Below the pieces are notes generated by a model. The model searched no databases, had not been told where the DNA came from, and saw nothing but the letters and a program-made list of their open reading frames with translations. From Eledone cirrhosa (lineage: Eukaryota), in NCBI GenBank assembly GCA_964016885.1, contig OZ024743.1, forward strand, positions 240,684,001 to 240,748,000: a stretch of DNA of 64,000 bases. The letters run 5' to 3'. Below, in pieces: positions 27,907-47,022 of this stretch; the first letter of the stretch is position 1, and the number at the start of each line of letters is the position of its first letter. The position numbers and the translations under genes were made by a program.

Positions 27907-30900
27907 CGCGTGCACACACACTCACGTAAACACATTTCAAATGTATCTGCTTATTATAAACTAGTACAATGCTGCTGTGAGTGGAACACCTGACAATACG
28001 ATCGTGAATAGATACGTAACCACTAAGCCACACAACTTCAGAGCTGTGTAGATCTTGTAGTCAGGACTGACCTATGGTTATATAATAACAATGTCGGCAA
28101 TACGGACAGCTTAGCCAGTGGTTTGATAGAATCAGTACAACGCCGAATACAATATTTTGCACTATTTATTACAGCTCAGTATGTTTTCAGTTTCAATTAC
28201 AGTGAAGTCAACTTTGCGATTCTTTCCTCTGGAGTAGATAAATAAATGACCAATCTAGTGCGAAAAGGGGGACTAGTAGAATTGTTAAAGTATGGCTTAA
28301 TAGTTAGGTTCTTTGTCTCATGATCATAAGACTCTGAGTTCGATTCCTAGATCGGTCGACATATTGTGTTCTTGAGCAAAATACTATATTTTATGTTGCT
28401 CCTTCTGTCAGGAAGTGCGATGCCCGAGTCTGTATCAGCAATGGTGAGATCAATGGAACAATGTTTCCTTGATTTGATCTTACGATCGACCCCTTTCCCG
28501 TTTTGCGAGCCTTTTTGGTATTTGCTTCAGCTATTTGTGTTCTGAGTTCAAATCCTAGTGACCTTTTCGAATGGTAGACTTAATCGGTAATCAAATCTAA
28601 CACCACCTTTTCAAGGGAGTTCACTCTGTGGAAAACATCCAAGTTAGGTCTTCTGTTTCGGAACAGCACTACTTCTCTCTACCATAAGTCATGGAGATAC
28701 TAAAAATGGTCATAGGCACTTCTTTTCCTTCCCATTTAACGATTCAAACAGAACAGCACTTGTAATAGAAATGAAATACGGACGGACGAATGAAAGCGAA
28801 ACAAAGTGTAGCAGCATCATCATCATTGCCATCAACAGCCGCAGTACCAAGTATACTGTTAACAAGAGAAAAAGGTGGTAATACAAAGAACTATTACACA
28901 TGCATACATACGAAAAAATACATATACGCACACACACACACACACAACCACGCAAAGCACACCTCTACAAAACTCTAACTATAATTAACAAGAAACAACA
29001 AGAAAACATCATGAAGTAGTAGAAGCAACGAGAAATGATTTATAAGGTACTGTTGTTTTGTTAGTTTTCTTTCTAATATCTTGTTTTATAAAATATATTA
29101 AAAAATGTAACAAAATTGATCCGACATAGTTTACCAAGAAACAAGCAAGGAACGGATGGCGCCATCTTTGAGAAAGATTGGAGGAGATTATGTCGGATTA
29201 CTGGAAAATATGGTAACATCGATCTACAAAATATGGTGGCATCGATCTACTGAATTTGTATTCAACACTCGATATAAAAGACGAGGAAGGGCTGTTGAAT
29301 CAGCTGTTGATGTTGTTGATGTTGTTAGTATTGTTGGTGTTGTTAATGGTGGTGGCAGAGTTGTTGCTGTTGATGTTGTTGGTGGCGTTGAAGATGGTGG
29401 TAGTAGTTGTGGTGTTGTTGGTGTTTGTTACGATGGCAGTGGTACTGGTGTTGTTGGTGTTGTTAGTGGTGTTGCTAACGATGACGATTGTTGTGGTGTT
29501 GTTGTTGTTACCGATGGTAATGGTGGTGGTGTTGGTGTTGTTAGTGTTTTAACGATGTAGTGGTGGTGTTGTTGATGACGATGGTAATGGTGGTGGTGTT
29601 GATGTTGTTAGTGGTGTCTATTGTAGTGGTGGTATTGTTAACGATAGTGGTGGAAGCAATGGTGTTGTTAACGATAATCGTGGTAGTGGTGACTGAGCAA
29701 ATCTATGATCATAGGCGTTCTAGCCGTGACCATCCCATATTTTTTCTTCTCTTTCTTCTGACACAGTGTATTTAGAAAGAATGTATTCAATGTATACTTT
29801 CTCTTATCACCAGAGTAAGGGATGCAGTTCAAGAAATTTGACTAGTGTTTCTAGAAATTTCATTAAACAATCATCCAGGTTTAGTTTCCTCATTAGATCA
29901 TCGGAATGCTCTTTTGACATGGATGTTGTTGTTGATGTTTAAGTTAGCACTACTAAGGCAGGCATAGGATAAAAAACAGTCCAACTGTGACCATCCGCTA
30001 TTTTCTTCTTTAGAATGGACTACATCTTACAATATGCTCTTTCCTTTTAAAGCACTGGGTGTGGTTTGAAAGATTGTTTGGCTGCTATTTCTGGCAGGGA
30101 AAGCAACCAAGTTGATATTTTCTTATTTCTTTTAATCTGAATAGAATAGATAAATAAAACAAAAACCTTTGGTATAGTTCCAAATATTTGCAACAGACAC
30201 AACTCTATTAAAGGCTGCCAAAGACCAAGTGGTGGTGTTAAAATGACCGACAAATTAAGTCTGCCTCACAAGAACTTACAACACAAACAACAGAAACAAA
30301 TACCAAAATAATGAAAAATAAATTTGAGCTCGACGGAACTAGAAGCGCAGCAAACTGGAACAAACACCATAAGGCATTGCGTCTTATGCTCTAACGTCTT
30401 GAGTAATTCGCAGTCTCACTGAGTCTGTCAGAGATTTGAGAGGCATAAGAGGAGGACATAAGGTAAGAGAGTGCAGAGCAGTAAGTCAGTTTATAAAGAT
30501 GTTCACATGGATAGGTGTGTTTATCGTTCGATGGCTTTCTTTTTTCTAAAAGTAGTAAACATTTGTGTTAACATTCACTACTCTACTACATTCTGGAGAG
30601 GGATGGGCTCCATCGGGTTTTACATGCCCAAGAAACGCTGTATATCGCCACAACTCCACTAAGAGTTACGAATCTATCCATCCATCCATCCATCTATCCT
30701 TCCTTCCTTCCTTCCTTCCTCCCTTCCTTCCTACTTACTTACTTACTTACTTTAAATTTGAATTTGAAAAGAATTGCCATCAAGCCTGTGATATGTGTCT
30801 ACGGACCTATAACTCCTGATGGAGTCGTAGGATCGCCGTTATGACACACGGTGTGTCGTGGGCATTTTAATCCTTCCTGGCTCATCACTTTGCAGGTCTA

Positions 30901-31628
30901 AACACAGTAAATTTCTTTTAGAGAAGGAGAGAGAGAGAGAGAATAAAAAGGAACTGGGGAGCATATAGAAGTATGGATCTCAATAATGCACTGGTAGTTT
31001 CTTTACTGAGTTCGAAAACATGAAAGGCAAAGTTAAGTTCAGAGCGCAGAGAACTGAAAAACATACAGCAGAATATTCTATCTGACGTCCTAACAACTTT
31101 GCCAATTTGCTTCTTTCCAAGCCTGTGGCACGAAGAGGAATAAGAAAAATAAGTCGAGATAAAATTAGCTGATGACCGAGAAATATGGATGGTGAGGGGA
31201 AGGTTGCATGTCTTGGTGCAAACTTACAAGCTCACAAGTCTACGGAGTTGCATGGCTCTGGCACACCGGAAACCTAATAACTTGGCAGTCTATGTAACAG
31301 AAAGGGGTCTACTCTTGTACGTTCCGGTTCCTGCTCTATAGATATATTCAACACATTACATTGTATGTCTCTCATTCACATCCAATTTCACTGTTCCTAT
31401 TTTAGACAGTTTACACATACTCACTACTAATTCAGTACAGCTATTTCCAGTGTTCAAATAGTTTTCTCTATAAATATTTGGTGGATCCTAGAACATTCAT
31501 ATCCTCATTATAAGATTTTTTCTCTTCCCGCCATTCTCTACCACCACACTCTAACTTTTTTCCCCATCTCTCGTTATCTTTTATCACACGCACACAGACA
31601 TACACATGCAGACACATATGTATATGCA

Positions 31629-31814
<186 letters not shown>

Positions 31815-31822
31815 TACATACA

Positions 31823-31906
<84 letters not shown>

Positions 31907-32504
31907 CATATATATATGTATGTATATATATATATATATATATATACATATATATATACATGTATACATGCATACATACATACATACATATACGTAAGTA
32001 CATATATAAATATATATAGTTTTTGTATTTTGCTACGTTTTGCAATCAATAATTCTCATCACATCTTATAGAACTTTAACAATAAAATAAAACAAGCAAA
32101 TAAATAAATACCACTAATAATTTTATCTGGTAAATGTGACTGTTACTTTTGCTATTTATGATGTGTTTCTCTTAGTAAATAAAGCTGTAGGATGCTGCAG
32201 CTACTGTCGCTGCAGCTTGTGTTGCTGCAGTTGATGCTGCTGTTGCTAGTGTTATACTTTCTGTATTATCATCAAATTGTGCAATAATATTGAGTGATTC
32301 TAGTCTAGAGTGGACGCAGCATCGCTTAATGGTTAAGAAGTTTGCTTCGTAATCATTACGACTCGTGTTCGATCCCAATGCAAGGTATCGTAGCTAAGTA
32401 TCATTTACCATAGCCTCGAGTCAACGCAAGCATTATGAGTGAAATTATAAGCCCGCCAGGTGGATTGTTCTTCATGATGAACACATCGACTATCATTGCA
32501 TTTA

Positions 32505-33190
32505 CGGTATTTGACGGTATTTCATGATAGAATGTTGTGTTTTTCAGTTGTTCCTCAACCAAATCTTTGTAGTATTCAGCAGCAATTATAGCAATTGCAC
32601 CCCCTTTATCTGATTGTTTAATTATTATTGTTTATCATGTTGTATACGTTTAAGTGCAGACATTTCTGATTTGTTAATGTTTAACATTAGTATTATGTTT
32701 AAGAGGAAATTTAGACAGGATGTCAATGTATTGGTCGAGATAGATATTTCTTCCTTTTGGCGGAGTGAAATTTGATTTATTCTTTACTAGTGATTCATCA
32801 CTCTCATTACTTTTATCAGCGAAGAATTCTGCAAGACGTAATTTACGACAGAATTTTCTTGGGTATCTTCCTTCAGTTCTTGGTGGTTGACTGTTGGAGT
32901 CGGTGTGGATTTCAGTCCTTTTGACAGAATTTACATTTCTTTTGGATAATTTAATTATTTTAGGATCTACGTGTTCAATTGTTTTGGGTATGTTTCCTCC
33001 TGGAGTTTTTCTTTTTCCGGTTTGTGTTGTCCTGACGTTTTTTCTGTTTAGGATTTATATTCCTGTTGGTGTTTGCTTGATGAACTTTTGGTCGTGATAT
33101 TATACTTAGTTTCGTTATGTTTTTGTCCTATTTTTGGTATTATGTATATTATTTATATTATTTTTCCATTTCTTGTTAGTATTATTTTTA
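32505..33190 (-). pseudogene. Neptune-type PLE N-terminal RT region, decayed
   Basis: ILSKGLKSTPTP...FCRKLRLAEFF...ESLVKNKSNFTPPKGRN...IKQSDKGGAI, homologous to 56346-56750. Confidence 0.85.
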
Positions 33191-33594
33191 ACCAATCATT
33201 CACAGTATCTAAATGCAATGATAGTCGATGTGGCACATGTCAATCCATACGCACTGGTCAATATATGAACACAAAAACTGGAAAAATATTCCCAAATGCA
33301 AATATGAACTGCAAAAGCAGAAATCTAATTTACTGCATTAAATGCCCGAATTGTGAAGAACTAAATGCCGGTCAAACTGGAAATGCACTATCGGAACGTG
33401 CACGCGTTCACCGACAGCAAATCAGAGATCCAAATGTCCGTTAGATACCCCTGAATAACCATCTAGCAACATGTGGTCAGAAAATATTTGTAATATTTCC
33501 ATTCTACAAATTACACAGCCCAAGTGAAATCAAGAGAAAAATTAAAGAAAAGAATTTTATTGATAAATTCCAACCCAAGCTAAATGAACAATAA
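33190..33594 (+). pseudogene. Neptune-type PLE GIY-YIG endonuclease, inverted relative to the adjacent N-terminal piece
   Basis: KCNDSRCGTC linker, NLIYCIKCPNCEELNAGQT...RARVHRQQIRDP, C-terminus KEKNFIDKFQPKLN; one internal stop. Confidence 0.88.
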
Positions 33595-33596
33595 TA

Positions 33597-33715
33597 ATTG
33601 TTTCTACTTTTGGCACAAGGTCAGCAATCACCGAGTACATTACTGGTACTTTATTTTATCGACCCCGTAAGGATGAAAGGCAAAGTTAACCTCGGCGGGA
33701 TTTGAACTCAGAATG
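33597..33715 (-). mobile_element. SINE family 1, 5'-truncated
   Basis: Reverse complement of the tail, core and B-box. Confidence 0.85.
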
Positions 33716-33772
33716 CTTAGGGGTATTACTCCTACTATGACTACGCCTACGACCATGTCGACTACCACCACT

Positions 33773-33808
<36 letters not shown>

Positions 33809-34266
33809 AATAATAATAAAAGTGATGTTGGTGGTGATGATTACTGACGATTTTTTTATAAAAACCCTAGAAAATGGTATTTTCATCATTTCTAAAAATA
33901 ATAAAACAATTGATGCTTTGGATAGGGTCAAATAGAAGTCGTTAGACATGCTCAACCAACCGTGACGCCTAAACCAATCTAGTGAAACTACACACCGATT
34001 GGTCGAAATACAGTTTGCAAAACTTAACATTCTGTAGCCCCTTTATATAAGGCACAGAATTTACCGATCTCATTACAGTAGAAAATTGCAAACTTGACTG
34101 TCACCACTGAATATGAACCTGAAGATTGCGAAAGCATGAAAGTATTTGTTCAATTAACACTTAACATTTAATATTCTACCATACTATTTCATTATAATAT
34201 CATTATACTTTTTTTAAAGGATTGTAAATAAAACGAGTAAATCAGACAAAGTTGGAATTCCTTTTA

Positions 34267-34308
<42 letters not shown>

Positions 34309-34316
34309 TAAAAGGA

Positions 34317-34348
<32 letters not shown>

Positions 34349-34395
34349 GCGTGTTTTTATATATATGTTTATATATATATATATATGTATATGTA

Positions 34396-34430
<35 letters not shown>

Positions 34431-34432
<2 letters not shown>

Positions 34433-34590
34433 GGAAAAAGTATGACCACGACGGCAGAGCTCAAGCCGTCGAAACGGCTTGAGCTCTGCCGTCGGGGTCA
34501 TACTTTTTCCTATTTCCCACTCTACTACCCTAAGTATTGAGTACTCTGGTGCGTTATGGTCCATCTGGTTCCTTACCACAATTCCTTTGT
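34431..34590 (+). mobile_element. Family A element with near-perfect 82-nt palindrome
   Basis: taggaaaaagtatgacc.cgacggcagagctcaagccgt-cgaa-acggcttgagctctgccgtcg.ggtcatactttttccta, then the family A tail; (TA)n on both sides. Confidence 0.85.
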
Positions 34591-34657
<67 letters not shown>

Positions 34658-34670
34658 ATGTATATGTATA

Positions 34671-34746
<76 letters not shown>

Positions 34747-34763
34747 TACATATATATATATAC

Positions 34764-37093
<2,330 letters not shown>

Positions 37094-37481
37094 GGTGATG
37101 GATGCTTAAATCGTCCGTATGCGGTAGGCCGTTTGAGCAGTCGATGCTCTCATAGAGAAACGATTGTAATATGTCCAATAAATTCCATTCGTCGCAACAC
37201 TGATTCTATTTTTTTCTGTGATATATATATACATTTTATATATATATATATATATATATAGTTAATAAATGAAACAAACAAAACACAGCAGGCAATTTTA
37301 CACAGTTGTATTAGGTTCACGTTTATATATATGTATTTATGAATTTTATATCGAATAATAATAATATTCGCTTTGATTGCAAGCAAACAGCCTCATTACG
37401 GTACGTTTTTTTATGACTGTCGTCATCCGTTCGTTCCAGCAATGGATTTGAGAAATGGTCAACATATTTCTGGATTATTGA

Positions 37482-37513
<32 letters not shown>

Positions 37514-38339
37514 TGTATAAATAATATGTATATATATATATAAAGACACACACGCACACACACATATATATATATATATATATGTATATTTACATATAAG
37601 TACATTATATATATTTATTTGCACATACAAAAACATATTTAAATATGAATATATATAAAATTACAAATTTATACATTTAAATATATGTATATATATATAT
37701 ATATAAATAATTATGTGTGTGTGTGTTTATCTGTGTATGTATGTGTGAACGTATATGGTAGTCATCAGAACGACTGCTACTAGGCTTGGATAATTCCAAT
37801 AAAGCCCAAGTTCTAAGATAAATATCTTCATAAATGGCTCCGTTTGTATTAATTCGTGAAGAAACGTTCTTATTTATTGACATATTTTCATCTACAACAA
37901 CTAAATTGCCAAGATGACTTCCTACGACATACACTTGCTACATCTATTCCAATAATTTTGTCTTAGTGCTTACGTTGTTTCTTCTTATTTTCACATTAAT
38001 TTAACATGATTTTCGTTTTCTTGCCTTGCGTGTGATACTGTTTCTTTAGAATTCTCTCAGAATTTACTTGTTGTTGATATTGTTGTTGGTGTTGTTAATG
38101 TGGATATTCATTTTCAGTTATTTTCACTGTTATTGTGTATTGTTGCTGTTATTGTTGTTGTCTTTGTTACTGGTGTTGGTGTTGATGTTGTTAATTTTGT
38201 TGATTTTAGTTGCTATTGTTAATATCGTTGTTGGTGTTTTTAATGATGCAGTTCATTTGTAGTTGTTATTGTTGTTGTTGTTGACGTTATTGTTATTGGT
38301 GTTGTTAATGTTGCTTCCCATTTTTATTTGTTATTATTA

Positions 38340-38745
38340 TTGAATTGGCAGTATCGGTAGAGGGTCGGACGCCATGCTTTCCAGCATAGTTGCGTCCCTT
38401 TACGATCTGAGTTCAAATCCCGCCGAGGTTGACTTTGCCTTTCATCCTTACGGGGTCGATAAAATAAAATACCAGTAATACACTGGGTAATTGCTGGCCT
38501 TGTGTCAAAAGTAGAAACAATTATTATTGCTGTTGTTGATGTTGTTGTTGTTGTTGCGGTGGATTGGCAGTATCGGTAGAGGGTCAGACACCATGCTTTG
38601 CAACATAGAGTTACGGCCCTTTATGATCTGTGTTCAAATCCCGCCGAGGTTAACTTTGCCCTTCATCCTTACGGGGGTCGATAAAATAAAGTACCAGTAA
38701 TGCATTGGGATAATTGCTGGCCTTGTGCCAAAAGTAGAAACAGTT
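38340..38745 (+). mobile_element. Two SINE family 1 copies
   Basis: Full copies at ~38340-38525 and ~38556-38745 inside (GTT/ATT)n; a partial copy at ~39020-39145. Confidence 0.9.
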
Positions 38746-40166
38746 ATTATTATGGTGGTGGTGGTGGTGGTGGTGGTGATTGTAGTGGTGGTGATGGTTG
38801 CGGTGGTGGAGGAAATGGTGGAGAAGGCGGAGGTGCAAAGCTTTCAGAAAAGATACACACGAAACCTTAATGTTGTCGCTCTATTTCTTAGAAATAAACA
38901 AATATCCATGAAATGATACATTAAAACAGGCTTCATTCAATAATATAGTCCTAGGTACCCTGTGTCTCAATATAAAATAGAATGGTAAAGGCTAGAATAT
39001 CTTTGATCATAGGTGTGCTCGATCATCCTTACGGTGGGGGGGGGGGGGGGGGGGGTAAAATAAAGTACTAGTAATACACTGGGGTCAATTTAATCGACTT
39101 TCCCATCCCCCCAAATTGCTGGTCTTGTGCCTACATAAGAAACCTTTATTTTTGTTGATATTGTTGTTGGTGTTATAATGTTGTTGTTGTTGATGTACTT
39201 GTTGTTGTTGTTGACGTTGTTGTTATTCTTAATTTCACCCTAATTGTTGCGGCAAGTCTTGTTTGTTCTTGTTGTTGATATTGTTATTAGGGTTGTAATT
39301 GTTGCTGTTGTTGTGGTTGATGTTGTTGTTGTGGCTATTTGTGTTGTTTCAGTTGGTCGTGGTGGTGTTTGTTCTCTCTGTAACAACACAATGAAACTCA
39401 AGGAAGCGATCACCAACGAACTACATACACACACATACACACACATACACGCACCCATACACACACATACACACACGCAACCCCCCCCCCCCCCACACAC
39501 ACACGTACACACACTCACACATACATACGCACATACACACGCACCTACACACACACACAGACACGCACGCACAGAGACACACACACAGATACACGAACAT
39601 ACACACACACACACACAGACACACACAGACACGTACAGATACACACACACATACACACACACACCTACACCTACACATGAGACAAGAACCTCCACCTCCA
39701 GCCCTAAAACAAATATAGTAAATTCAGTCAAAATAATATTCTGTCCTGGATTATTATTTTTTCATTCAGAAATAATGACAAACTAAGGAGATAGAATAAT
39801 ATATGGGAGGATAGCATAACACGAACGAAAATGATGCACATACATACATACATACATACATACATACATACATACATACATACACCTTGAGTGTATAAAC
39901 ATACAAGGATAGATATATATATATGAGACTATTTTGAGGTTCTAACTCAATATATACCTTTGATATATATATATATATATATATATGCGTGTGTGTGTGT
40001 ATATATATATATTTATATATATATATGTATATTCATATATATGTATATATATATATATATGTATGTATGTGTGTGTGTATGTGTGTGTATTTTTTGCTTG
40101 TTTGCATTCACACAAAAGCGCCTGACGCACTCTCTTTCTCTCTCTCTCTATCACACACACACACGC

Positions 40167-40205
<39 letters not shown>

Positions 40206-40227
40206 CACACACTCACACACACTCACC

Positions 40228-40263
<36 letters not shown>

Positions 40264-40489
40264 CACTCTCGAAACATTTTATCTATGGCTACCTTTCTAT
40301 CAAACCAGTGAAACATTCCTGATGTTTCGATTCTTCATTACTGTTTGTGTTTCTCTTACTTCAAAAATCCGGTGTCTCTTTTTTAATAGTGAATCAATGG
40401 ATTTGTTTGGTTAACTCTTCACTATATTGGTTACCATAATACTAGATTTGAAACCATTTGACCTATCTATTGCAATCTTTTCTCAGGTA

Positions 40490-41008
40490 TCAGGGTACAG
40501 CACAGGAACACTTTGGTTACCTTCGCGCTTCGCAAATGCATTTGGTTTTGTAATTCGACAAATTATTGATGACAAATCGGAAGAAGCTGAAGTTGGTCTA
40601 TTCATCAATGGTAAGAAACATAATATATACAATTTTAGGAAGGAATTGGTAACTAAAACTATGGCCAGCACGTTATTCAAAACGTCAAATGCCTTTGAGC
40701 TTGGATAGACCGCTTAAACAATATATGAACAAAATAAAAGTGGCAATGATGACGGTTGTATGTAAAAAATTATCAAAATCTGGACCTCGCTCCTGAGGAA
40801 AAGTACGAAGATTAGACACTTATTAGCCACAGTTGAACGATATTATTATATGTTTGTGAGATACAGATAGCAATATCAGAGCTTGACAGACAGCTTGACG
40901 GAACATAGAGGCAGATCTTACGAATGGGTTTTATACTAATTTTTAAAAACCACACCAATAAAGAACATCAAAAGGGGTTGCCAGAATTTACAAAAACAAA
41001 AGAACAGG

Positions 41009-41010
<2 letters not shown>
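40490..41010 (+). pseudogene. Highly decayed RTE LINE RT fragment
   Basis: Patches EVGLFINGKK.NI, IWTS...STKIRHLLATVE, LLYVCE and LDRQLDGT align with the younger RTE at 50347-51314 (VWKS...KIRLFIAVVESVLLYGSETW...VDGCY). Confidence 0.6.
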
Positions 41011-41102
<92 letters not shown>

Positions 41103-41223
41103 TATATGAGTATGTATATATGATAATATATGACTTTATATATGTATGTACATTTGTACTGCTGCACATACAAAGGCCGTACGTATGGATGACTATACGT
41201 ATGTCTCTCTCCCTCACTCTCTT

Positions 41224-41394
<171 letters not shown>

Positions 41395-41509
41395 ACATAG
41401 ACATACAGATAAACACACACTCATATTTATATATATATTGATATATATGTATATATATATATATATTTCCAATTCCACCCCATTCGTCCCTTAAATCTAT
41501 CTTATTTGC

Positions 41510-41738
41510 GTTGATGATATTTACGTTCTCATCAGATAAAATAAGGAGACATGATTTGAAGCTTAAAAAACATCCCATGATGATATTTGTTTTTGAAATG
41601 CGCATAATAAAATACACGGAACTCTTTTAACCATCTTTTGATTTTCTATTATTTATACTCCAGTCCTATAAACTGTTGAGTGCTACTTATCCGATATTTG
41701 CATTGCTTTATTGTGCTACAATAAAACTCACCTCCTAC
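41510..41738. mobile_element. Family B element with hammerhead split by an inversion
   Basis: The 5' half (uauuuuau-CUGAUGA-gaacguaaauaucauc) is on the minus strand at ~41513-41555. The 3' half (gaugauauuug..GAAA-UGCGCA-UA-auaaaaua) and tail are on the plus strand at 41571-41738. Confidence 0.8.
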
Positions 41739-42192
41739 ATATATATATATATATATAGATATATATATAGATATTCAAAACAACAAACAGCGGAGGACGC
41801 GTTTCGCACCTGTCCGACAGACAACCTTTCCCCCACCCCGGAAAAACCCCCAGTTGATGGATGTGAATCCGAAATATATAGGGACTATTAAATCTCTCCC
41901 AAGGTAACTCTCTCTCGTGTTGTTATTTTAATTTTATCCTTTATACTCTTTCCTTCATTCTTCTACACATCTCATACACACCACGCATCTCAACGAACAC
42001 CCACTTACATCTCTCTCCCTACCACCGGATCTTGTTACCCGGAGATTTACCCATTTGCATTGTCGAGGCTTCCAAACGACTTAAAGATATATATATATAT
42101 TTAAAAGTTAAACAAGGTTCAATGAATAAATCAAAGAATGAGTTTTACAATAGATTGGAAGCACTCAACAGTATGGTTTTCCAGAGTTATTA

Positions 42193-42608
<416 letters not shown>

Positions 42609-42611
42609 TTC

Positions 42612-42659
<48 letters not shown>

Positions 42660-42722
42660 GTAATAACATATATATATAATTTGTACTGCCTCTCTGTTTT
42701 TTTGATCTCTGTTCATTTATTA

Positions 42723-42822
<100 letters not shown>

Positions 42823-42979
42823 TTGAGATAAGGCCTATAAGACAAACAGACATTTATATAATCTGTTGTATTTGTAAATACGTTTTCTACATCTAATCAG
42901 TCAACAGTATGTCCCTGAGGAATCTGTTCTATTGCTATTTGTTGTTTTACAGAAACCATTCATTTGTTCTTCTTATTCT

Positions 42980-43285
42980 GATCATCATCATCATCATCAT
43001 CTTCATCATCATCATCATCATAATCATCATCATCATCATCATCATCATCATAATCATCATCATCATCATTATCATCATCATCATCATCATCATCATCACC
43101 GTCATCAACATCATCATCATCATCACCATCATCTACATCTTCAGCATCATCATCATCATCACCGTCATCATCATCATCATCATCATCATCACCGTCATCA
43201 TCATCATCATCATCATCATCATCACCGTCATCTACATCTTCATCATTAACATAACCACCATCATTATCGTCATCATCATCTTCAA

Positions 43286-43323
<38 letters not shown>

Positions 43324-43343
43324 CCATCATCATCTTCATCTTC

Positions 43344-43388
<45 letters not shown>

Positions 43389-43438
43389 GTCACCATCATC
43401 ATCATCATCGTCACCATCATCATCATCATCATCGTCCC

Positions 43439-43476
<38 letters not shown>

Positions 43477-43577
43477 GCATCATCTTCATCTTTAGCATCA
43501 TCATCACCATCGGCAACATCCTGTATACTCAGCAGCAGGAAAGACAGTATCGCCATCACCACCACCACCACCACCGC

Positions 43578-43633
<56 letters not shown>

Positions 43634-43690
43634 CCATCATCACCACCACCACCACTACCACCATCATCATCATCATCATCATCATTATCA
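42980..43690. repeat. (ATC)n/(CAC)n trinucleotide tract
   Basis: Long imperfect catcat repeat; explains the poly-I/H/D/M ORFs. Confidence 0.95.
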
Positions 43691-43987
43691 TTGTTATTAT
43701 TATTGTTATAATGGTTGTTGTTTTTCTTGTTATGTTTTTAATGTTGCTGTTATTGATCATCATTTTAGTCTATATATACATATGCAAGTATATGTCAATA
43801 AAGCCAATTTTATCACATTTTACCATATACTCGTAACAGCTGTTAAACGCATTTCCATGGCATCAGATATGACTTCATCAGACAGTTCTCATCTGTATAA
43901 ATTTAAGTGATGTAATTTGGTGATATACCGACTATATATTTTGATAATGATAATATTTTTCATTTATTAACATTTTGAATAATATAT

Positions 43988-44086
<99 letters not shown>

Positions 44087-44177
44087 TGCCTTGTGTGTGT
44101 GCCTGTGTGCCTGTGTATTTGCAGATACCCTCCATATGTATATACGTATATTGATATATATATATAGAAAGAGATTT

Positions 44178-44228
<51 letters not shown>

Positions 44229-44811
44229 TGGCAGATTAACAATATCACGTGGTTTCTGTCTTTTCGGCATTTTTCTCGTTTCTCTTTTACTCACAACTGT
44301 CTTAGATCGTCTCTCTCTAAAATACATTTTCGACTCACTTTTTCTAATTTCCAATGACAGAATAGCGTCCGAGACGTTAAGGCTCTCTTTCAAATATATC
44401 GTACGTTAAACGTATTCACCAGTAGCATTATTGCTTCTTCGATAATTTTATTTTTCTTGTTTATTTTTGTTGGGTTTTTTCTCCTATATATATTACATTA
44501 ATAAAATATACGAGTAATGTTGTTGTTGTTGTTGTTGTTGTTATTTCAATCATAATTTTATTATTATCAACGAAATCGTTATTATTTTTATTATTGGCTA
44601 TATATGTATTTAATAAAATATGTATATTAGAATATATATATAGGATTTTTTTACATTATAGGTTTCCTTCAAAAACAACGTATATAGAACAATATCATCA
44701 GCAGCAGCAACAACAGCAGTAGTAGCTTGAAAACCAAATCCAGAGTGAGACCGTATCACATAAAATAATTCATATTTCTATGTGTGTGCAGATATATACA
44801 TATACATGCAT

Positions 44812-44936
<125 letters not shown>

Positions 44937-45134
44937 TGTATGTACGTATGTACATATAAATTCATATGTGTATATTTGTATAAATATATACATATATGTG
45001 TGTGTGCCTGCGTGCACGTGTATGTATTACATATATATGTGTATACACACACACAGACACACACATATACATATATATTTATACACACACACACATATAT
45101 ATATACAGATATATATATATTTACATATATATAT

Positions 45135-45175
<41 letters not shown>

Positions 45176-45192
45176 CACACACAGACACACAC

Positions 45193-45236
<44 letters not shown>

Positions 45237-45277
45237 TGGCAACATGACCCTCCCAAAGTATAACAATATATATATTT

Positions 45278-45344
<67 letters not shown>

Positions 45345-45765
45345 TATATATATATACATATATATCTATATATATATATTTACATATATATACACATATA
45401 TATATATATATTTACATATATATATATACGCGCACACACAAATATATATATACAGAGAGAGGTGGGGGAGAAAAAAGGGGGGAGGGCTGTAAAGAATAGT
45501 AGTATCGAGATACGTACAAAATAGGTTTAGAATCAGCAACAATAATTCTTGTTCAATCAATTTATCTAACAATTTCCATATAGACATTATTAAATGATTT
45601 TTATTTCTAACGTAAATCGAATCTCATTCATTTTTTATTGTCATAATATAGTTGGTTATAGGTATACATCCATACATACATATTTACATATATACATACA
45701 TATATACATGCATATACATACATATACATACACCCCCTCAATATATATATTTATATATATATATT

Positions 45766-45866
<101 letters not shown>

Positions 45867-45897
45867 GTATATATATATGTATATATATATATATGTG

Positions 45898-45953
<56 letters not shown>

Positions 45954-46009
45954 TACATATATATATACATATATATATGTATATATATATGTATATATAT
46001 ATATATGTG

Positions 46010-46043
<34 letters not shown>

Positions 46044-46184
46044 TCTATATATATATATATACATATATACATATATATATGTATATATATATATATGTGT
46101 ATATATATATATATGTATATATATGTGTGTGTAGATACATATATATATGTGTATATATGGTTATATGTGTATATATATATATAC

Positions 46185-46293
<109 letters not shown>

Positions 46294-46294
46294 A

Positions 46295-46341
<47 letters not shown>

Positions 46342-46371
46342 TATATATACATATATATATATAGCGGCAGC

Positions 46372-46402
<31 letters not shown>

Positions 46403-46470
46403 TGGCAGTAGTAGTAGTAGTAGTAGCAGCAGCAGCAGAAGTAGTAGTAGTATTAGTAGTAGTAGGAGCC

Positions 46471-46557
<87 letters not shown>

Positions 46558-46827
46558 TCGTTCGTTGAAAGAAAAATATCAAGAATATCAACAACGAATT
46601 TATGTCTAAGTCTGTATAGAAGTACTTTGAGTTGTAGCTCATATATTAATCACTTTGTCCAGAAAATATCTGAGATTCAGAAAAGACAGACCTCCCATAA
46701 ACATCAGAGTCAGGATTTTAGTTTTGTTCTTTAAACAAGTAGGCGAACATAGTTTGTACTCATGTATAGATACACTTGCACAGACAAACTGAGATGCAAG
46801 TCCATATAAGGTAACATACACACACAA

Positions 46828-46896
<69 letters not shown>

Positions 46897-46989
46897 CATA
46901 GCTATATATATATATATATATATTTACATAGCTATATATATATATCTATATATATGGATACATATATACATATATATATATGTGTACAC

Positions 46990-47022
<33 letters not shown>

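Noticed and set aside
37762-37768. CUGAUGA on minus (also at ~15080 plus) as hammerhead cores
   Set aside because: No properly placed stem II, GAAA or stem I complement.
42909-43910. Poly-Ile/His/Asp/Met proteins
   Set aside because: Translations of an (ATC)n tract.
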